A DNA stretch of 64,000 nt from Candidatus Obscuribacterales bacterium (GCA_965228855.1 CBDDIJ010000003.1:1568001-1632000); one strand, 5' to 3'. Positions 27,948 to 38,570 are shown, numbered from the stretch's first letter. The notes: generated by a model from the letters alone, not told the origin. Made by a program: numbers and translations.

Positions 27948-30170
27948 TCAGGTCATAATCTTTTGCCAGCGCCGAAACAAATCGCTGCGCTTCAGGAACT
28001 CCAGATGCATGTCTACAAGCATCGCACGGTCTTCTGAAGTGATAACGGGAAACTCACTAATGGAATCTGTTAGAGCCCGATCAATTGCATGCGGGCAAAG
28101 TCGATATTCTTCGACAAATAAAGTATGCATGAAGCGCCTTAACTCATCCGTCTTTCGGCTATCCCCCACACCATTACCGTCGAACGCGAAGCTTTCCCTC
28201 GAAAGGCTGGAAAGGTGTTCCTCTATCGCGTCCTTCAGTTCGGAACTACCTTTATCGAATGAAAGTATTTCGAGAACCTCGCGATACGGTTTAGCAGCTT
28301 CGTAATCGGAATCGTACATTCGCCTTACAACCGGCAACACAGTCAATCGCTGTTTACTTTCCTCGATGCACTCTAGAAGTGTTTTTTGCATGCGTTTAAA
28401 CCGAACATCACTTAAAGCAGCCACCAGCGATTCAGCATCCGATTTGCTGGCAACGAATAAAAGTTCCCTCAGCTTTTGCATGTCGTTTTGATGCAAGGAG
28501 TCTTCGAGGAACTCAAGCGCAAGAGTCTTAATGCGCCTTCTAAACACGGATGAATAGCCCTCGAGATTTTCGAATTGTTTATCGACTTCAACTGCTAGTT
28601 TGGCGAAATCTCTGACAGCACGCGAGTCGTCATGCTGCGCACGTTGCAAGACCGGACGAAACCAGGGGAAGCCAGAGATAAAACATAAGCGTAAACCGAG
28701 AAGCAGATGATGCGGCTTCGCCGAGTCTATCAGCCGTTTATGGTCATTCGTAGCTCTGCCCAAATCGGTCGGTTCAAATGAATTTGCATAAGTAGAAAGT
28801 ATGGGATGTGACTTAAGATCTGCAGTTGCGATAACGCTCTCGTTCTCCACGCCGGCACTTGAATCCAGTTCAATTTCGGTCAAGTTTTCCACGGCAGGCT
28901 CATCCTGCCAACGTCCGGAGCGCGCCTCGCGATAGAAACTCCAGAGATTGCGAATGTAATAAGAGTCCAACCCGGTGATTATAAACAGTACCACCGCCCC
29001 TAATACCAACAGTACGACAATAAAATCCTGGAGGTGTAATTGCTCCTTCAGCGCTGCCATCGCACCGCTAGTGATCATGGTGGCACAGGAAGTAAAAATG
29101 CAAATGAGGGACACAATTGTGCCTCGCTGGCTGCGAGGCACCGGAACGAGACACTGCCTTGTCACCGGCAATTGAACGCTCCTATTTATAACGTTATAGG
29201 TTACGAGCAAAATCACGACAGGCCAGAGCGGCGGAAGAATCAGAGCAATTCCCGAAAATAGCAAGATGTTCAGCGGTTGAAACGCAAATAAAGTGCTAAG
29301 CTGAAGCCGCCTGGTTAAGCGCCGTCCGACAAGATTTTGCATTGCAAGCGAACAAAAGATTGCAACCATTGTAGTAGAGCTGACAAATATCGCGATCCGT
29401 CGGGCAGAAGGTAAGCTGAGGTCCGCAGCTTGATAGAAAACGTACTCGATGACGAACTTCGTAACTTGTGACCAGATCATGATAATCATTGCGATTCGAA
29501 CCATATCATTGGCGAAGATGAATTTGAGTCCCTTCTGCAAACGATCCAAAACATTTGATTCATCGCTCTTAATGCCCGCTTTGGCTTCGACTCCATGCAG
29601 TCGAGAAACAGTAACATTGAACAGGGCGAAGTGAACCATCAGGCAGACCCAACCCAGCGGATACCAGTAGCCGAGCCAATGGTTGGCACTGAGAATCCAG
29701 ATAATTCCGGACGCCGTAATGCGCGCTATCAAGTCGGCAGAAATGATTTTTGCGTAAACTTCACGAAAAATAGCTGGATTTACCGACAGCTGAAGAATAA
29801 CCGGACCCAACGTGGTTCCTATCAAGTCAACCACTACCGTTGAAATTGCAAAAAGATACAGCAGCAAGTGGTTGTAGAGCACCATATGTGGTGAGTGCTG
29901 CTCAAGGAAGCACAGGATCGAAGCTACGAGTGTGAGCCCGATGAAGAGCTTGTAGACGCCATAGCCCTTCTTGTCTCCGAGTAGGGCGAAGTACAAGTAA
30001 AATACAACCGATGCGATACTGGCGAAGAAAAACAGCTGAGAGTAATTCTTTCCACCCACGGCTTTAACGAAAACACTGTTCACGAATATCAAACACATAC
30101 TGGTGAACATGCTTCGACAGAAAGCGCTGAATGCATGCGTTTTAAAAGTTGTCGCCTTAACCGCGTTCAT
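27948..30170 (-). CDS. MFS/NTT (Npt1/TLC-like) transporter with long C-terminal alpha-helical (HEAT-like) domain
   Basis: About 12 hydrophobic segments in the first ~400 aa (FVNSVFVKAVG, VIEYVFY, RQCLVPVPRSQRG), then ~330 aa soluble helical tail. Confidence 0.65.
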   Translation of the reverse strand: MNAVKATTFKTHAFSAFCRSMFTSMCLIFVNSVFVKAVGGKNYSQLFFFASIASVVFYLYFALLGDKKGYGVYKLFIGLTLVASILCFLEQHSPHMVLYNHLLLYLFAISTVVVDLIGTTLGPVILQLSVNPAIFREVYAKIISADLIARITASGIIWILSANHWLGYWYPLGWVCLMVHFALFNVTVSRLHGVEAKAGIKSDESNVLDRLQKGLKFIFANDMVRIAMIIMIWSQVTKFVIEYVFYQAADLSLPSARRIAIFVSSTTMVAIFCSLAMQNLVGRRLTRRLQLSTLFAFQPLNILLFSGIALILPPLWPVVILLVTYNVINRSVQLPVTRQCLVPVPRSQRGTIVSLICIFTSCATMITSGAMAALKEQLHLQDFIVVLLVLGAVVLFIITGLDSYYIRNLWSFYREARSGRWQDEPAVENLTEIELDSSAGVENESVIATADLKSHPILSTYANSFEPTDLGRATNDHKRLIDSAKPHHLLLGLRLCFISGFPWFRPVLQRAQHDDSRAVRDFAKLAVEVDKQFENLEGYSSVFRRRIKTLALEFLEDSLHQNDMQKLRELLFVASKSDAESLVAALSDVRFKRMQKTLLECIEESKQRLTVLPVVRRMYDSDYEAAKPYREVLEILSFDKGSSELKDAIEEHLSSLSRESFAFDGNGVGDSRKTDELRRFMHTLFVEEYRLCPHAIDRALTDSISEFPVITSEDRAMLVDMHLEFLKRSDLFRRWQKIMT

Positions 30171-31372
30171 GACTTATCTATGGTGTTATCGTCACCCGAC
30201 TCCGGGCGGGACTCGAGTTCATTGGGCTCCAGCGTCTCCGTTTGCCAGAGATTTCCAAGATACTCACTCTTTTGAATTTTCTCGGCAAGAGCATTAATGG
30301 TCTTCGACAAATATCCAATTTCATCTTCGCCTGCGTAGGTGACTCGCGCGGAGAAATTACCGTTGTTAATTTGATTGACGGCATCTGCGACCTGCCGAAA
30401 GGGCTTGGCTAGCCGGTCTCCCACCACAATCGATGCCACCAGACTCAGGACCAGACCCAGCACCAACGCAACGAGAAGACGATATGTAAGTTCTTTGTTT
30501 TTCGCTTCGATGCGATGAGTATTGACGCCAAGAGTAACGACCAGTTTCAATTCATCAATCGGTAGCGAAATTACAATGTACTGACTTGGACCAAGATCTT
30601 CGTGATAATCGACAAAGGCGTTGCCGTCAATCTTGCTGTTTGGTCCATAGAAGTGCCTGGTCGCATGATCAGTATGCTCCCTAATTGCACTGTTGGCGTC
30701 CTTTTCGTTGATACCATCGCTGGTGAGAAAGTGTCCGTTGCTATCGGTGATAAGAATGAAATTATCCTGTCCAAGCTGCAATCCATGCAGCAAATGCTCA
30801 ATCTTTTGGAGTCGCGGAAAAACTGCGCCGCTAAGAACTCCGAAAATTTGAGTCTTTTCCCGGTCGGAAAATACAGGCGATACGTAGGTCTGATAGAGTG
30901 TTCCGTTAGGTGAGAAGAACACTTCCGAGGCACGCGATTTCTTTTCCTTGAGAACTCGGTCGGCTAACTCGATGAACGCTTTGTTCTTTCTTCGAAAGTT
31001 CGTCTTCGGTGTGTATGGTCCCATAGTGGAGCGGCGCTCGGCGAACACCAGCTCCCCATCAGCTCTATACATGTGGACCGTGTTGTAAATGTTGGGAAAG
31101 GCGAGAAATTCCTTGAGCGTGCTTTGCGCCTGTTTAGGTTCAAACGGTAAAAATCCCGGCATTTTGGTGACGTCGTCTAGCGCTTCCAAATCAGCACCGT
31201 AATTGGCTTTGACGTTGTTTATGATGAACGCGAGAGACGTCGTTGAGTCTGCCACTACAAACTGACGGATCGCCTCGTTAGTCAAGTAGTAAGCGACTGC
31301 CGAGACCACACCAAAGAAAATGATAATGATCACGAATAGTCGAATGAAGATAATGCTTTGAATCGACCGCAA
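30167..31372 (-). CDS. Cache (dCache_1-like) + HAMP membrane sensor lacking an output domain
   Basis: TM1, extracytoplasmic Cache-like region (YVSPVF..GVLSGAV; FILITDSNGHFL), TM2, HAMP (PFRQVADAVNQINNGNFSARV..GEDEIGYLSKTINAL), then stop after ~35 aa. Confidence 0.85.
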   Translation of the reverse strand: MRSIQSIIFIRLFVIIIIFFGVVSAVAYYLTNEAIRQFVVADSTTSLAFIINNVKANYGADLEALDDVTKMPGFLPFEPKQAQSTLKEFLAFPNIYNTVHMYRADGELVFAERRSTMGPYTPKTNFRRKNKAFIELADRVLKEKKSRASEVFFSPNGTLYQTYVSPVFSDREKTQIFGVLSGAVFPRLQKIEHLLHGLQLGQDNFILITDSNGHFLTSDGINEKDANSAIREHTDHATRHFYGPNSKIDGNAFVDYHEDLGPSQYIVISLPIDELKLVVTLGVNTHRIEAKNKELTYRLLVALVLGLVLSLVASIVVGDRLAKPFRQVADAVNQINNGNFSARVTYAGEDEIGYLSKTINALAEKIQKSEYLGNLWQTETLEPNELESRPESGDDNTIDKS

Positions 31373-31528
31373 TGGAAAAATCCTTAGCGTGGTCCGCCTA
31401 AAAAACTTCTGGATTCCGTAGATAGCTTACGCCATAGGCCCTTATTCCACATTTATGGAGCTTACGCACGGCTGCCGGCGGGTATAGAACAAGTGGGAAA
31501 CTCCCCGTAACTTCTGAGGAGCGTAGAA

Positions 31529-34150
31529 GTGAGAGTTAAGAACATTGTCGTCGCAGCGACATTTTTATTAGCCTGTTCACTCAACTTTGCAGAGCAGGCG
31601 CAGGCCGGTTCTGATGATTATGAAAAGGAGTTGTCGCGCGGACAGCGTCAGATCGTGAAGAAGGACTTCGAAGCAGCAGTCGCGTCTTTCACTGAGGTCT
31701 TGAGGCAAAATCCGAATGTGTACGAGGCCTACTTGCTAAGAGCTCAGGCGCGTGTAGCCATTAAAGACATGGATGGGGCGCTCTCCGACTACGATCAAGC
31801 AATCAAAGTCAATCCCAACGTCGTCGAGTCCTACATCAAACGCGGAGATCTACAGAGCAGTCAAGGCAATCAGCAAGCGGCGATTGATGACTACACGCAA
31901 GCTTTGCGATTGAACCCGAAAAATGGTTCTGCACATATGAAACGTGCTGAGGCCTACAAGCAAAACGGCGATTTTCTCAAAGCCGCCGATGACTATTCAT
32001 CGTTCTTGAAGTTTGATAAGAATTCAATGGAAGCTCGCGAAGCTCGAGGCGAATGCCGTTTGAGAGCATACGATTATGATGGAGCCCTCGACGATTTCAA
32101 CTTTCTTCTCAAGAAGTTTAAAACGAAATCGTTTTCAATTCACTATAATCTCGGCGAACTGTATGCAGCAAAGGGCGATATGAATGCAGCAAAAGAGCAT
32201 TTCAACGAAGTTATCGCCTATTATTCGAAAAACCTGAATAAGTCAAAGAAAGCAGGTTGGGACTATATTCGCAGGGGACGTGCCTATTATCACTTGGGCG
32301 AAACAGACAAAGCCATGAGTGATATCGAATCTGGTGCTGCCATGCTACCCGATGATCCGACAGCGCAATACGAACTTGGTCATGCGCGTTTACTAAAGGG
32401 TGATGCGGAGGGCGCGATCAAACCATTGGACGTAGCCATCAAAGCGAATCCGCGTTTGTTCGCAGCGTACGTGGACAGAGGTTCCGCGAACATAGCGCTT
32501 GGACAGTTTTTAGCTGCCAAGAAAGACCTCGACACTGCTCTGGCTAACGAGAAGAGCACAGGAGGTTATCTTTATCGTGCGATGGCTCGTGTCGCATACG
32601 GCGATGCGGTTGGTGCTTACAACGATGTGATCGAGGCAAAGAAGCTAAATCCAAAAGCCCTCGAGGTCAAGCAGAAGGAAATATCTGCTGCGTTGGCGGC
32701 AAAAGAAAAGGCTAACGACAAAGATCCTGCAGTAGCACAGATTCTGGAGCAGCTGGCATTGATCGACCTGGCAAACAACAATGTCGACAGCGCCGAGGCA
32801 TCTGTGAAGAAAGCAATTAGCATTCAGGAAAAATCACTAGGACAATCAGATCCAAAAATAGCATACAGTTTACTGCTGCTCGGAAAAGTCTATCTGCAAA
32901 AGCAGCAGCTTCCGCGCGCTGAGGCTTTGTTTAGAACAGCGATGATTCGTTTGCGCACCAATCCTGATGGCACTCAGAAATATGCCGTATTCAGCCTGGA
33001 GGATTGCGCACGCGTTTTAATTCAATCCGCTAAGCAGGAAGATGCCGGTGCGATTCTCAGCGATACGCGGATGGCTCGAGCAGTTTCCGGTCTGACAGAA
33101 GGAGCGTTCACGGGTGATCTGGCTCGGCGTGCGGAGTCAGCAATCGACGCTTACAAGCAAAAGAAAAAGTTCGACCGGCAAGAAGAGCTTGTGCGCAAGG
33201 CTGCAGTAACTCCAAGAAGCGAGCCGGACGAAGAGGAATCGTCGCCTCAAGAAGAGAGAAAACGAACCCATAACCGACCAATCCGGGACAAATGGGCTGT
33301 TATTGTCGGTATAGGTCAGTTCAAGGACCCTAACATAAACCTGAAATTTGCATCTAAGGACGCAAAGGATTTTGCCAATTTCCTCGTTAAGGACAAGGGC
33401 TTTGCGCCGGATCACGTTCAACTTTTGACGGATCAGCAAGCAACCCGAGCTAACATATTGTCTCTTCTCGGTAGCAAATGGCTTCCGCGCGTCGCCGAAC
33501 CTGATGATCTCGTAGTGATTTATTTCAGCAGCCACGGAAGCCCGTCGAGTCTGGATGTGGGTGGCGTCAATTACCTGGTCGCGCACGACACTGACCCGAA
33601 TGACCTTTACGCGACTGGAATCGCCATGCAGGATCTGGCGCGCATTATCAAAGCTCGAGTACACAGCGATCGAATTATGCTGGTTCTCGATGCCTGCCAC
33701 AGCGGCAGCGTGGCTCCCAGTGCCAAAGGAATTGGTCGCGAGGCGAATATCAATGTCGATGCGATCGTGCAGGGCACAGGTCAGCTGGTGCTATCGTCCA
33801 GCAGCCCGGAGCAGCGCTCATGGGAGTCAAAAAGATATGACGGCAGCGTGTTCACAAAATACTTGATCGAAGGTCTGAAGTTGAATGGCAAGATGACCAC
33901 ACTTGGCGACGCGTTCACTTATCTGGATCAGGAAACAAAACGTGAGGTCTTAAGAGATCGCGGAGTTCTCCAGAGTCCGATCATGAAAAGCAAGTGGGAA
34001 GGCAAAGATCTAATTCTTGGAGTAACTCCGAGCGCACCATCACGAGGAGTCAGTGATTTCGAATTACCGGACTCAGTAAGACTATCTACAGGCACCGATG
34101 ATGGTGCATCGAAATCAGTAAAACCGAAGGCTCCAGCGAGGAAACATTGA
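31529..34150 (+). CDS. Secreted TPR repeat protein with C-terminal caspase-like (C14) peptidase
   Basis: Signal peptide; over 10 TPRs; KWAVIVGIGQF, YFSSHGS (His), LDACHSG (Cys), SVFTKYLIEGL. Confidence 0.9.
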   Translation: MRVKNIVVAATFLLACSLNFAEQAQAGSDDYEKELSRGQRQIVKKDFEAAVASFTEVLRQNPNVYEAYLLRAQARVAIKDMDGALSDYDQAIKVNPNVVESYIKRGDLQSSQGNQQAAIDDYTQALRLNPKNGSAHMKRAEAYKQNGDFLKAADDYSSFLKFDKNSMEAREARGECRLRAYDYDGALDDFNFLLKKFKTKSFSIHYNLGELYAAKGDMNAAKEHFNEVIAYYSKNLNKSKKAGWDYIRRGRAYYHLGETDKAMSDIESGAAMLPDDPTAQYELGHARLLKGDAEGAIKPLDVAIKANPRLFAAYVDRGSANIALGQFLAAKKDLDTALANEKSTGGYLYRAMARVAYGDAVGAYNDVIEAKKLNPKALEVKQKEISAALAAKEKANDKDPAVAQILEQLALIDLANNNVDSAEASVKKAISIQEKSLGQSDPKIAYSLLLLGKVYLQKQQLPRAEALFRTAMIRLRTNPDGTQKYAVFSLEDCARVLIQSAKQEDAGAILSDTRMARAVSGLTEGAFTGDLARRAESAIDAYKQKKKFDRQEELVRKAAVTPRSEPDEEESSPQEERKRTHNRPIRDKWAVIVGIGQFKDPNINLKFASKDAKDFANFLVKDKGFAPDHVQLLTDQQATRANILSLLGSKWLPRVAEPDDLVVIYFSSHGSPSSLDVGGVNYLVAHDTDPNDLYATGIAMQDLARIIKARVHSDRIMLVLDACHSGSVAPSAKGIGREANINVDAIVQGTGQLVLSSSSPEQRSWESKRYDGSVFTKYLIEGLKLNGKMTTLGDAFTYLDQETKREVLRDRGVLQSPIMKSKWEGKDLILGVTPSAPSRGVSDFELPDSVRLSTGTDDGASKSVKPKAPARKH

Positions 34151-34171
34151 GAACTTATCTGGCGACCCGGG

Positions 34172-35707
34172 TTATGGTAACAACCATACGCGGGTGGAAT
34201 AATCATCACTACCCGTCAGGCAGTAATCGCCTTTCTTAGTGAAGCCGACGCACCACATGCCGAAGGGCTGAACCTTGTACGATTCAATCTCTTTACCCGT
34301 ATTTAAATCCCAGAGCCGTATCGTTTTGTCTAGACTGCCACTAATCAATTTGTCATCGGACAGGAACATCGCTCGCTGAATCCAGTTTTCATGCCCCTGT
34401 AGCAGCTTGATCGGTTCACCGGTGGCTAAGTCCCAGAGTTGCATGGTCAAGTCTCGGCTCCAGGAGAGAAGCTTGGTGCCATCACGTGAAATCAGGACTC
34501 CGGTCACATCGTTTTTATGACCTGAAAATTTACGGATTGCTTTGCCGTCTCTTAGACTCCAAAGCGTGACAGCCTTATCGGTACCTCCCGATACAACCTG
34601 GTCTCCATCAGGTGTAAAAGCTACACACCGAACGGTTCCCAAATTGCCATCGAATACTTTGGTGGCTTTACCCGTGGTGGCATCCCAAATTCTTACGGTT
34701 CCATCATAGCCACCAGATACGATATTGCCGCCACCTTCCGAAAAAGCCACGCAGGTCACCAGATTTTGATGACCTTCAAGTTTTTTCAGTTCGGTTCCGA
34801 GGTCAAGATCCCAGATTCGCACAGTTTTGTCGCTACCTGCTGAAGCGGCAGTGTTACCAACCGGGCTGAAAATGACACAGTTAACATCATCCTCGTGCCC
34901 CTCAAACGTCTTAATTTCCTTACCAGTCTTAAGATTCCAGTAGCGGATGCTATTATCCTGCGCACCTGTGAGCGCACGGTTTCCGTCGGCGGAAATATCA
35001 ATCGTCTTTAGGTATCCTGTGTGCCCGACCAGCCGCAAAACTTCCTCGGCGCGTTTGCTGCCACCGAGCAAATCCGGAATTCCTCCTGCGGACGCTAAAC
35101 GCCTGGTGCTTTCAACCTGCCGAGACGCTTCTTGAGTAGTTTCAGTCGACGGCTCCTCTGGTTTCGATTCCGAAGCTGTAGAGATCGTGAACTCTCGTTC
35201 TCTTGGCTTGTCATTGGTATCGCTTTTGGTGCTCTCGTCTCTGGTTCTTTTCAGACCTTTGCCATCAAAGTCATCTCCCAAAATATTCTTCAACGTCGGA
35301 TCCGACGCCGGATCTTCTGTCAACTTGGAAGGATCTCGCTCGCCACCACCTTCGGTATCGAATCGCTCGCCGAGCGATCGCAAACGGCTCTCTATCTGGG
35401 TTCGCTGAGAAGACTTGCCCATTGCTATATAGAGTTTTCTAAGCGCGCGCAGGCTTGTCAGCAGTTTCTTGTTATCACCCGACAACTTTTCTGCTTCGCG
35501 AACGGCATCGACTAAAAATTTCTCAGCTTGATCGTACTCTTTGTCTTCGTACATCTTGATGCCAATTTCATTGTACGAACTCCAGATCGAATCCTGGGCG
35601 AAAGATTCCGTTCTAAAAAATGTCAAACATCCTACTGACAGCACAATCGCCACGCACGACTTGGTTGAAAACGATCGGCTGATGCCTGGACGGGGCGCTA
35701 TTGTCAT
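34172..35707 (-). CDS. Secreted protein with N-terminal TPR-like unit and WD40 beta-propeller
   Basis: Signal peptide ending SFA; seven GH...SD.TVRIWD-type repeats. Confidence 0.92.
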   Translation of the reverse strand: MTIAPRPGISRSFSTKSCVAIVLSVGCLTFFRTESFAQDSIWSSYNEIGIKMYEDKEYDQAEKFLVDAVREAEKLSGDNKKLLTSLRALRKLYIAMGKSSQRTQIESRLRSLGERFDTEGGGERDPSKLTEDPASDPTLKNILGDDFDGKGLKRTRDESTKSDTNDKPREREFTISTASESKPEEPSTETTQEASRQVESTRRLASAGGIPDLLGGSKRAEEVLRLVGHTGYLKTIDISADGNRALTGAQDNSIRYWNLKTGKEIKTFEGHEDDVNCVIFSPVGNTAASAGSDKTVRIWDLDLGTELKKLEGHQNLVTCVAFSEGGGNIVSGGYDGTVRIWDATTGKATKVFDGNLGTVRCVAFTPDGDQVVSGGTDKAVTLWSLRDGKAIRKFSGHKNDVTGVLISRDGTKLLSWSRDLTMQLWDLATGEPIKLLQGHENWIQRAMFLSDDKLISGSLDKTIRLWDLNTGKEIESYKVQPFGMWCVGFTKKGDYCLTGSDDYSTRVWLLP

Positions 35708-35739
35708 AACTCCTCAGCTGTCTTGCTAGCTTCGCGAGG

Positions 35740-36450
35740 TCACTGCTGCGAACCGCTCTTCCAATTGGATCGAAAATGCCCGCGTTCATCTAATTCACCG
35801 CGCTCAAATCGCGAGCGCTGTTCGCCTGATATTCTAGCTTGAATTTCCTCTGCGCGATTTCTGGCTTCAGCAGACGTGTAAATACTACTTGTACAGTATC
35901 CTTTCGGAGCTTTTGTCGGTTTGACCGGACGCATCGCACGAATGGCTGCCAGGGCATAGCTCTTAAGCTGCGGATCTTTCGAGTAGTATGCCACCCAGGC
36001 AAATTGATCGGTAGCGGCTTTTTGATTCCCAAGCGCCTTATAGCAAAGCCCGCTGTAATAGCGGGTCTTCTCGTTTGGCGGTAGTTTTTCCAACACCATC
36101 AGAGATTGTTTGTATTCGCGATTTTTGTGAAGCAAAATCGCTAGATCCATTGTTGGCTTCTGGTTCTTGACGAAATCGTCCGATTTCGTCTGCGGAGCCG
36201 GCATCACTTCGCTTCCCGGAATGAAATTGTCAATGCTCGCGGCCGAGCCGGTATCGCCTTTGACGCTGGTTGCCGCCGATGCGCCGGATGTCGATTGGCT
36301 GGACGGTGCAGCTTGCGAAGCGCTTTGGTCCGCCGCTGTTGAATCTTTCGGAGTCTCCGCCGAGCAAACAGACAGGCAGGTAGAAAGCGCCACCGTCGCA
36401 ACAAAGGAACTGAGCAAGCCTCTTTCAATTTTGCGAGAGAAGGTCTTCAT
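35740..36450 (-). CDS. Secreted hypothetical protein with single TPR-like unit
   Basis: Signal peptide; S/A-rich linker; RYYSGLCYKALG..AATDQF. Confidence 0.75.
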   Translation of the reverse strand: MKTFSRKIERGLLSSFVATVALSTCLSVCSAETPKDSTAADQSASQAAPSSQSTSGASAATSVKGDTGSAASIDNFIPGSEVMPAPQTKSDDFVKNQKPTMDLAILLHKNREYKQSLMVLEKLPPNEKTRYYSGLCYKALGNQKAATDQFAWVAYYSKDPQLKSYALAAIRAMRPVKPTKAPKGYCTSSIYTSAEARNRAEEIQARISGEQRSRFERGELDERGHFRSNWKSGSQQ

Positions 36451-36584
36451 GATTGATTCTCGATAAAACAGTCATTATTAACCTTCCCTATTATAGGACG
36501 GTTTAAGCCTTTGGAACGGAATCAGCACGCCGGGCTCTGTTTGAAGAGTCCATGGAAACGGCAGAGCAAGGGAACCTGCGCAGA

Positions 36585-38459
36585 TTATTCGACCATATTT
36601 GCGATATCACGGTACATCACAAGAGGTTTCTCAAGTTTCTTCGCTTGATTCATGGCCAGTTCCGCGCCACCAAGAAGCGATGGCATGTCACGGAAATCAT
36701 CAGGCACCGCACAGACGCCGAAAGCAATCGCCATTTGATTTGCCATGACCTCGCCGCCCAGCGGTCTTTCCATCAATGCGTCAACTATACGGCCGACAAA
36801 GATTTCCGCCCCCTGACTACGAGTACTCGGAAGAAGAAGCGCGTAATCATGCGCGTCGTAATGGGCAATCAAATCGACATGACGTTTCAGTTTGCTAATT
36901 CGTAAAACCGCGTCCATCAAAGCGCGCTCACTGAGCACTCTTCGAGCAACTTCGCCGTCTATGATGCGTTTTTGACGCAATTCGAAAACGACAACTGAAA
37001 ACGAAGTTCGAGATCTATAGCTGCGGAAATACTCTTGCTCCAGGAAGTAGAGAAATGCCGGGTAAATAAAGAGCCCCGTATCAGCCCTTCTCAAACTCAT
37101 CATGATGCTCTGAATTGCACCGTTGTCGATTACTTTTGGTGAGAAGGCGAGCGCCGATTTCGAACGCTTTGGATTGACTATTTTGACGAGTTCTTTGACG
37201 GTCAAATGGAATATTATGTTGACTAATTGAATTCTGCTCAAATGCAGGAATCGACATAGTTCTTCAAAGGTGCGCTTGCCATCGAGACTGCAATATACGC
37301 GGGATACGGTATCGATGTCGGCCGGACTATTATCCTGCGCTCGCGCCAAAAAGTCGCCTTGCGAAATCATTGAGTTAGTCGGCATTATCGTTGAAGAGGG
37401 CAGCATACCTGCATCCTTGAGGTAAGCAATTTTATTGGTCAGCTGCTGGCTCTGCTCGAGCAACGATTCGATGCTTTCATAAACTGTGTGGTTATTTCGC
37501 AAAATGCGAGGTTCAAAACTGTACGTGATATCTTTCCACGTCAACATTTCGATCACCGCCTCATCACCCTGCACATCATTGGCGGTGGCATCAATAGGAA
37601 TGCCCTCGTGGATGAAGACAGTCGCAGTCAAGTCACCACTTCGGATGTCCAGCCGTCCGGTTACGCCGGCTTGCAGAATGTCACGAAGAAGATCGCCGGA
37701 GTTGCCTTTGGAAGAACCCTCACGTGGAATACTCTCCGCGGTTGGCAAAATTGCAGGTTGCGGGATTGGAGCGAAACCGGGGGTCGGCATTGGTTTTCCA
37801 ATTGCAGTGGCGCCAGGCTGTACTATCAGGGGCGTATCGCTCTCGTTCTGCTTTTGCCGATAGGAGTGATCCATGTCCTGCAGATAATCCTGCTGGGCAC
37901 TCCTGTCCGGATAATTGACTTGAGGCAGGCGCGGATCGGTTTGATACGCTATTGAGTTTTGGAACTCGTTTTCAGGTGCAGGAGCGGACTGCGATGGCAA
38001 CGCCGGCGCATCGGTCGTCGATGACGTCTCGGAGACGGGCGAAGGTTGCGGTGAAGGTCGGCTAACGTTGCCGGTCTCTTTGCGCTGAGGTGGCACCGCA
38101 GGTTCCTGAAACGCAGGCAAGCGATGCTGCGACTCACCCATATTCGGACGAGTCGCTTGCTGAGCCTCAGCGCAGTTAGACACGACCAAGTTATACACCA
38201 ACAGAACATCGACACTCGTGTAGTCGAAAAGTATCCGCCCCTGGTCCGTGAAAAGCTTCCACTGTGGATTGCCGCTCTTCAGGTGACAGACAACCTCAAG
38301 CGTGAAAGGCATGAGATTTGCGCCTCGCCAAGCCAGCTTTACGGTCTTGCCTCGTTGCTCCATGCACTGAGATAGCAGCTGATGCAATTCGGAAAGGTCC
38401 GGACCGCGAGGGAGCTTTCGCAGTTGTCCGCCAAGACCGGTACTGGTTTTCTTAAGCAC
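36585..38459 (-). CDS. DUF4388 + degenerate GGDEF domain protein
   Basis: Pro-rich linker; GVTGRLDI...IHEGIPIDA...GDEAVIEMLTW (DUF4388); DTGL...EQEYFRS..., RHVDLIAHYDAHDYALLLP (GGDEF replaced). Confidence 0.8.
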   Translation of the reverse strand: MLKKTSTGLGGQLRKLPRGPDLSELHQLLSQCMEQRGKTVKLAWRGANLMPFTLEVVCHLKSGNPQWKLFTDQGRILFDYTSVDVLLVYNLVVSNCAEAQQATRPNMGESQHRLPAFQEPAVPPQRKETGNVSRPSPQPSPVSETSSTTDAPALPSQSAPAPENEFQNSIAYQTDPRLPQVNYPDRSAQQDYLQDMDHSYRQKQNESDTPLIVQPGATAIGKPMPTPGFAPIPQPAILPTAESIPREGSSKGNSGDLLRDILQAGVTGRLDIRSGDLTATVFIHEGIPIDATANDVQGDEAVIEMLTWKDITYSFEPRILRNNHTVYESIESLLEQSQQLTNKIAYLKDAGMLPSSTIMPTNSMISQGDFLARAQDNSPADIDTVSRVYCSLDGKRTFEELCRFLHLSRIQLVNIIFHLTVKELVKIVNPKRSKSALAFSPKVIDNGAIQSIMMSLRRADTGLFIYPAFLYFLEQEYFRSYRSRTSFSVVVFELRQKRIIDGEVARRVLSERALMDAVLRISKLKRHVDLIAHYDAHDYALLLPSTRSQGAEIFVGRIVDALMERPLGGEVMANQMAIAFGVCAVPDDFRDMPSLLGGAELAMNQAKKLEKPLVMYRDIANMVE

Positions 38460-38570
38460 AATGATTTCCTTAAAGCGACCCGATAAATTGAGCCGTTATC
38501 TTCCCCGGTTGCTTTTATGCAACTGACCTGTATTCTACCCGATTTAAAACGGAGTCTATCGCCCGTCTGG

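Noticed and set aside
31529..35707. NLR/Avs-like or gasdermin-linked anti-phage system
   Set aside because: No STAND NTPase or gasdermin-like gene nearby; both proteins have signal peptides
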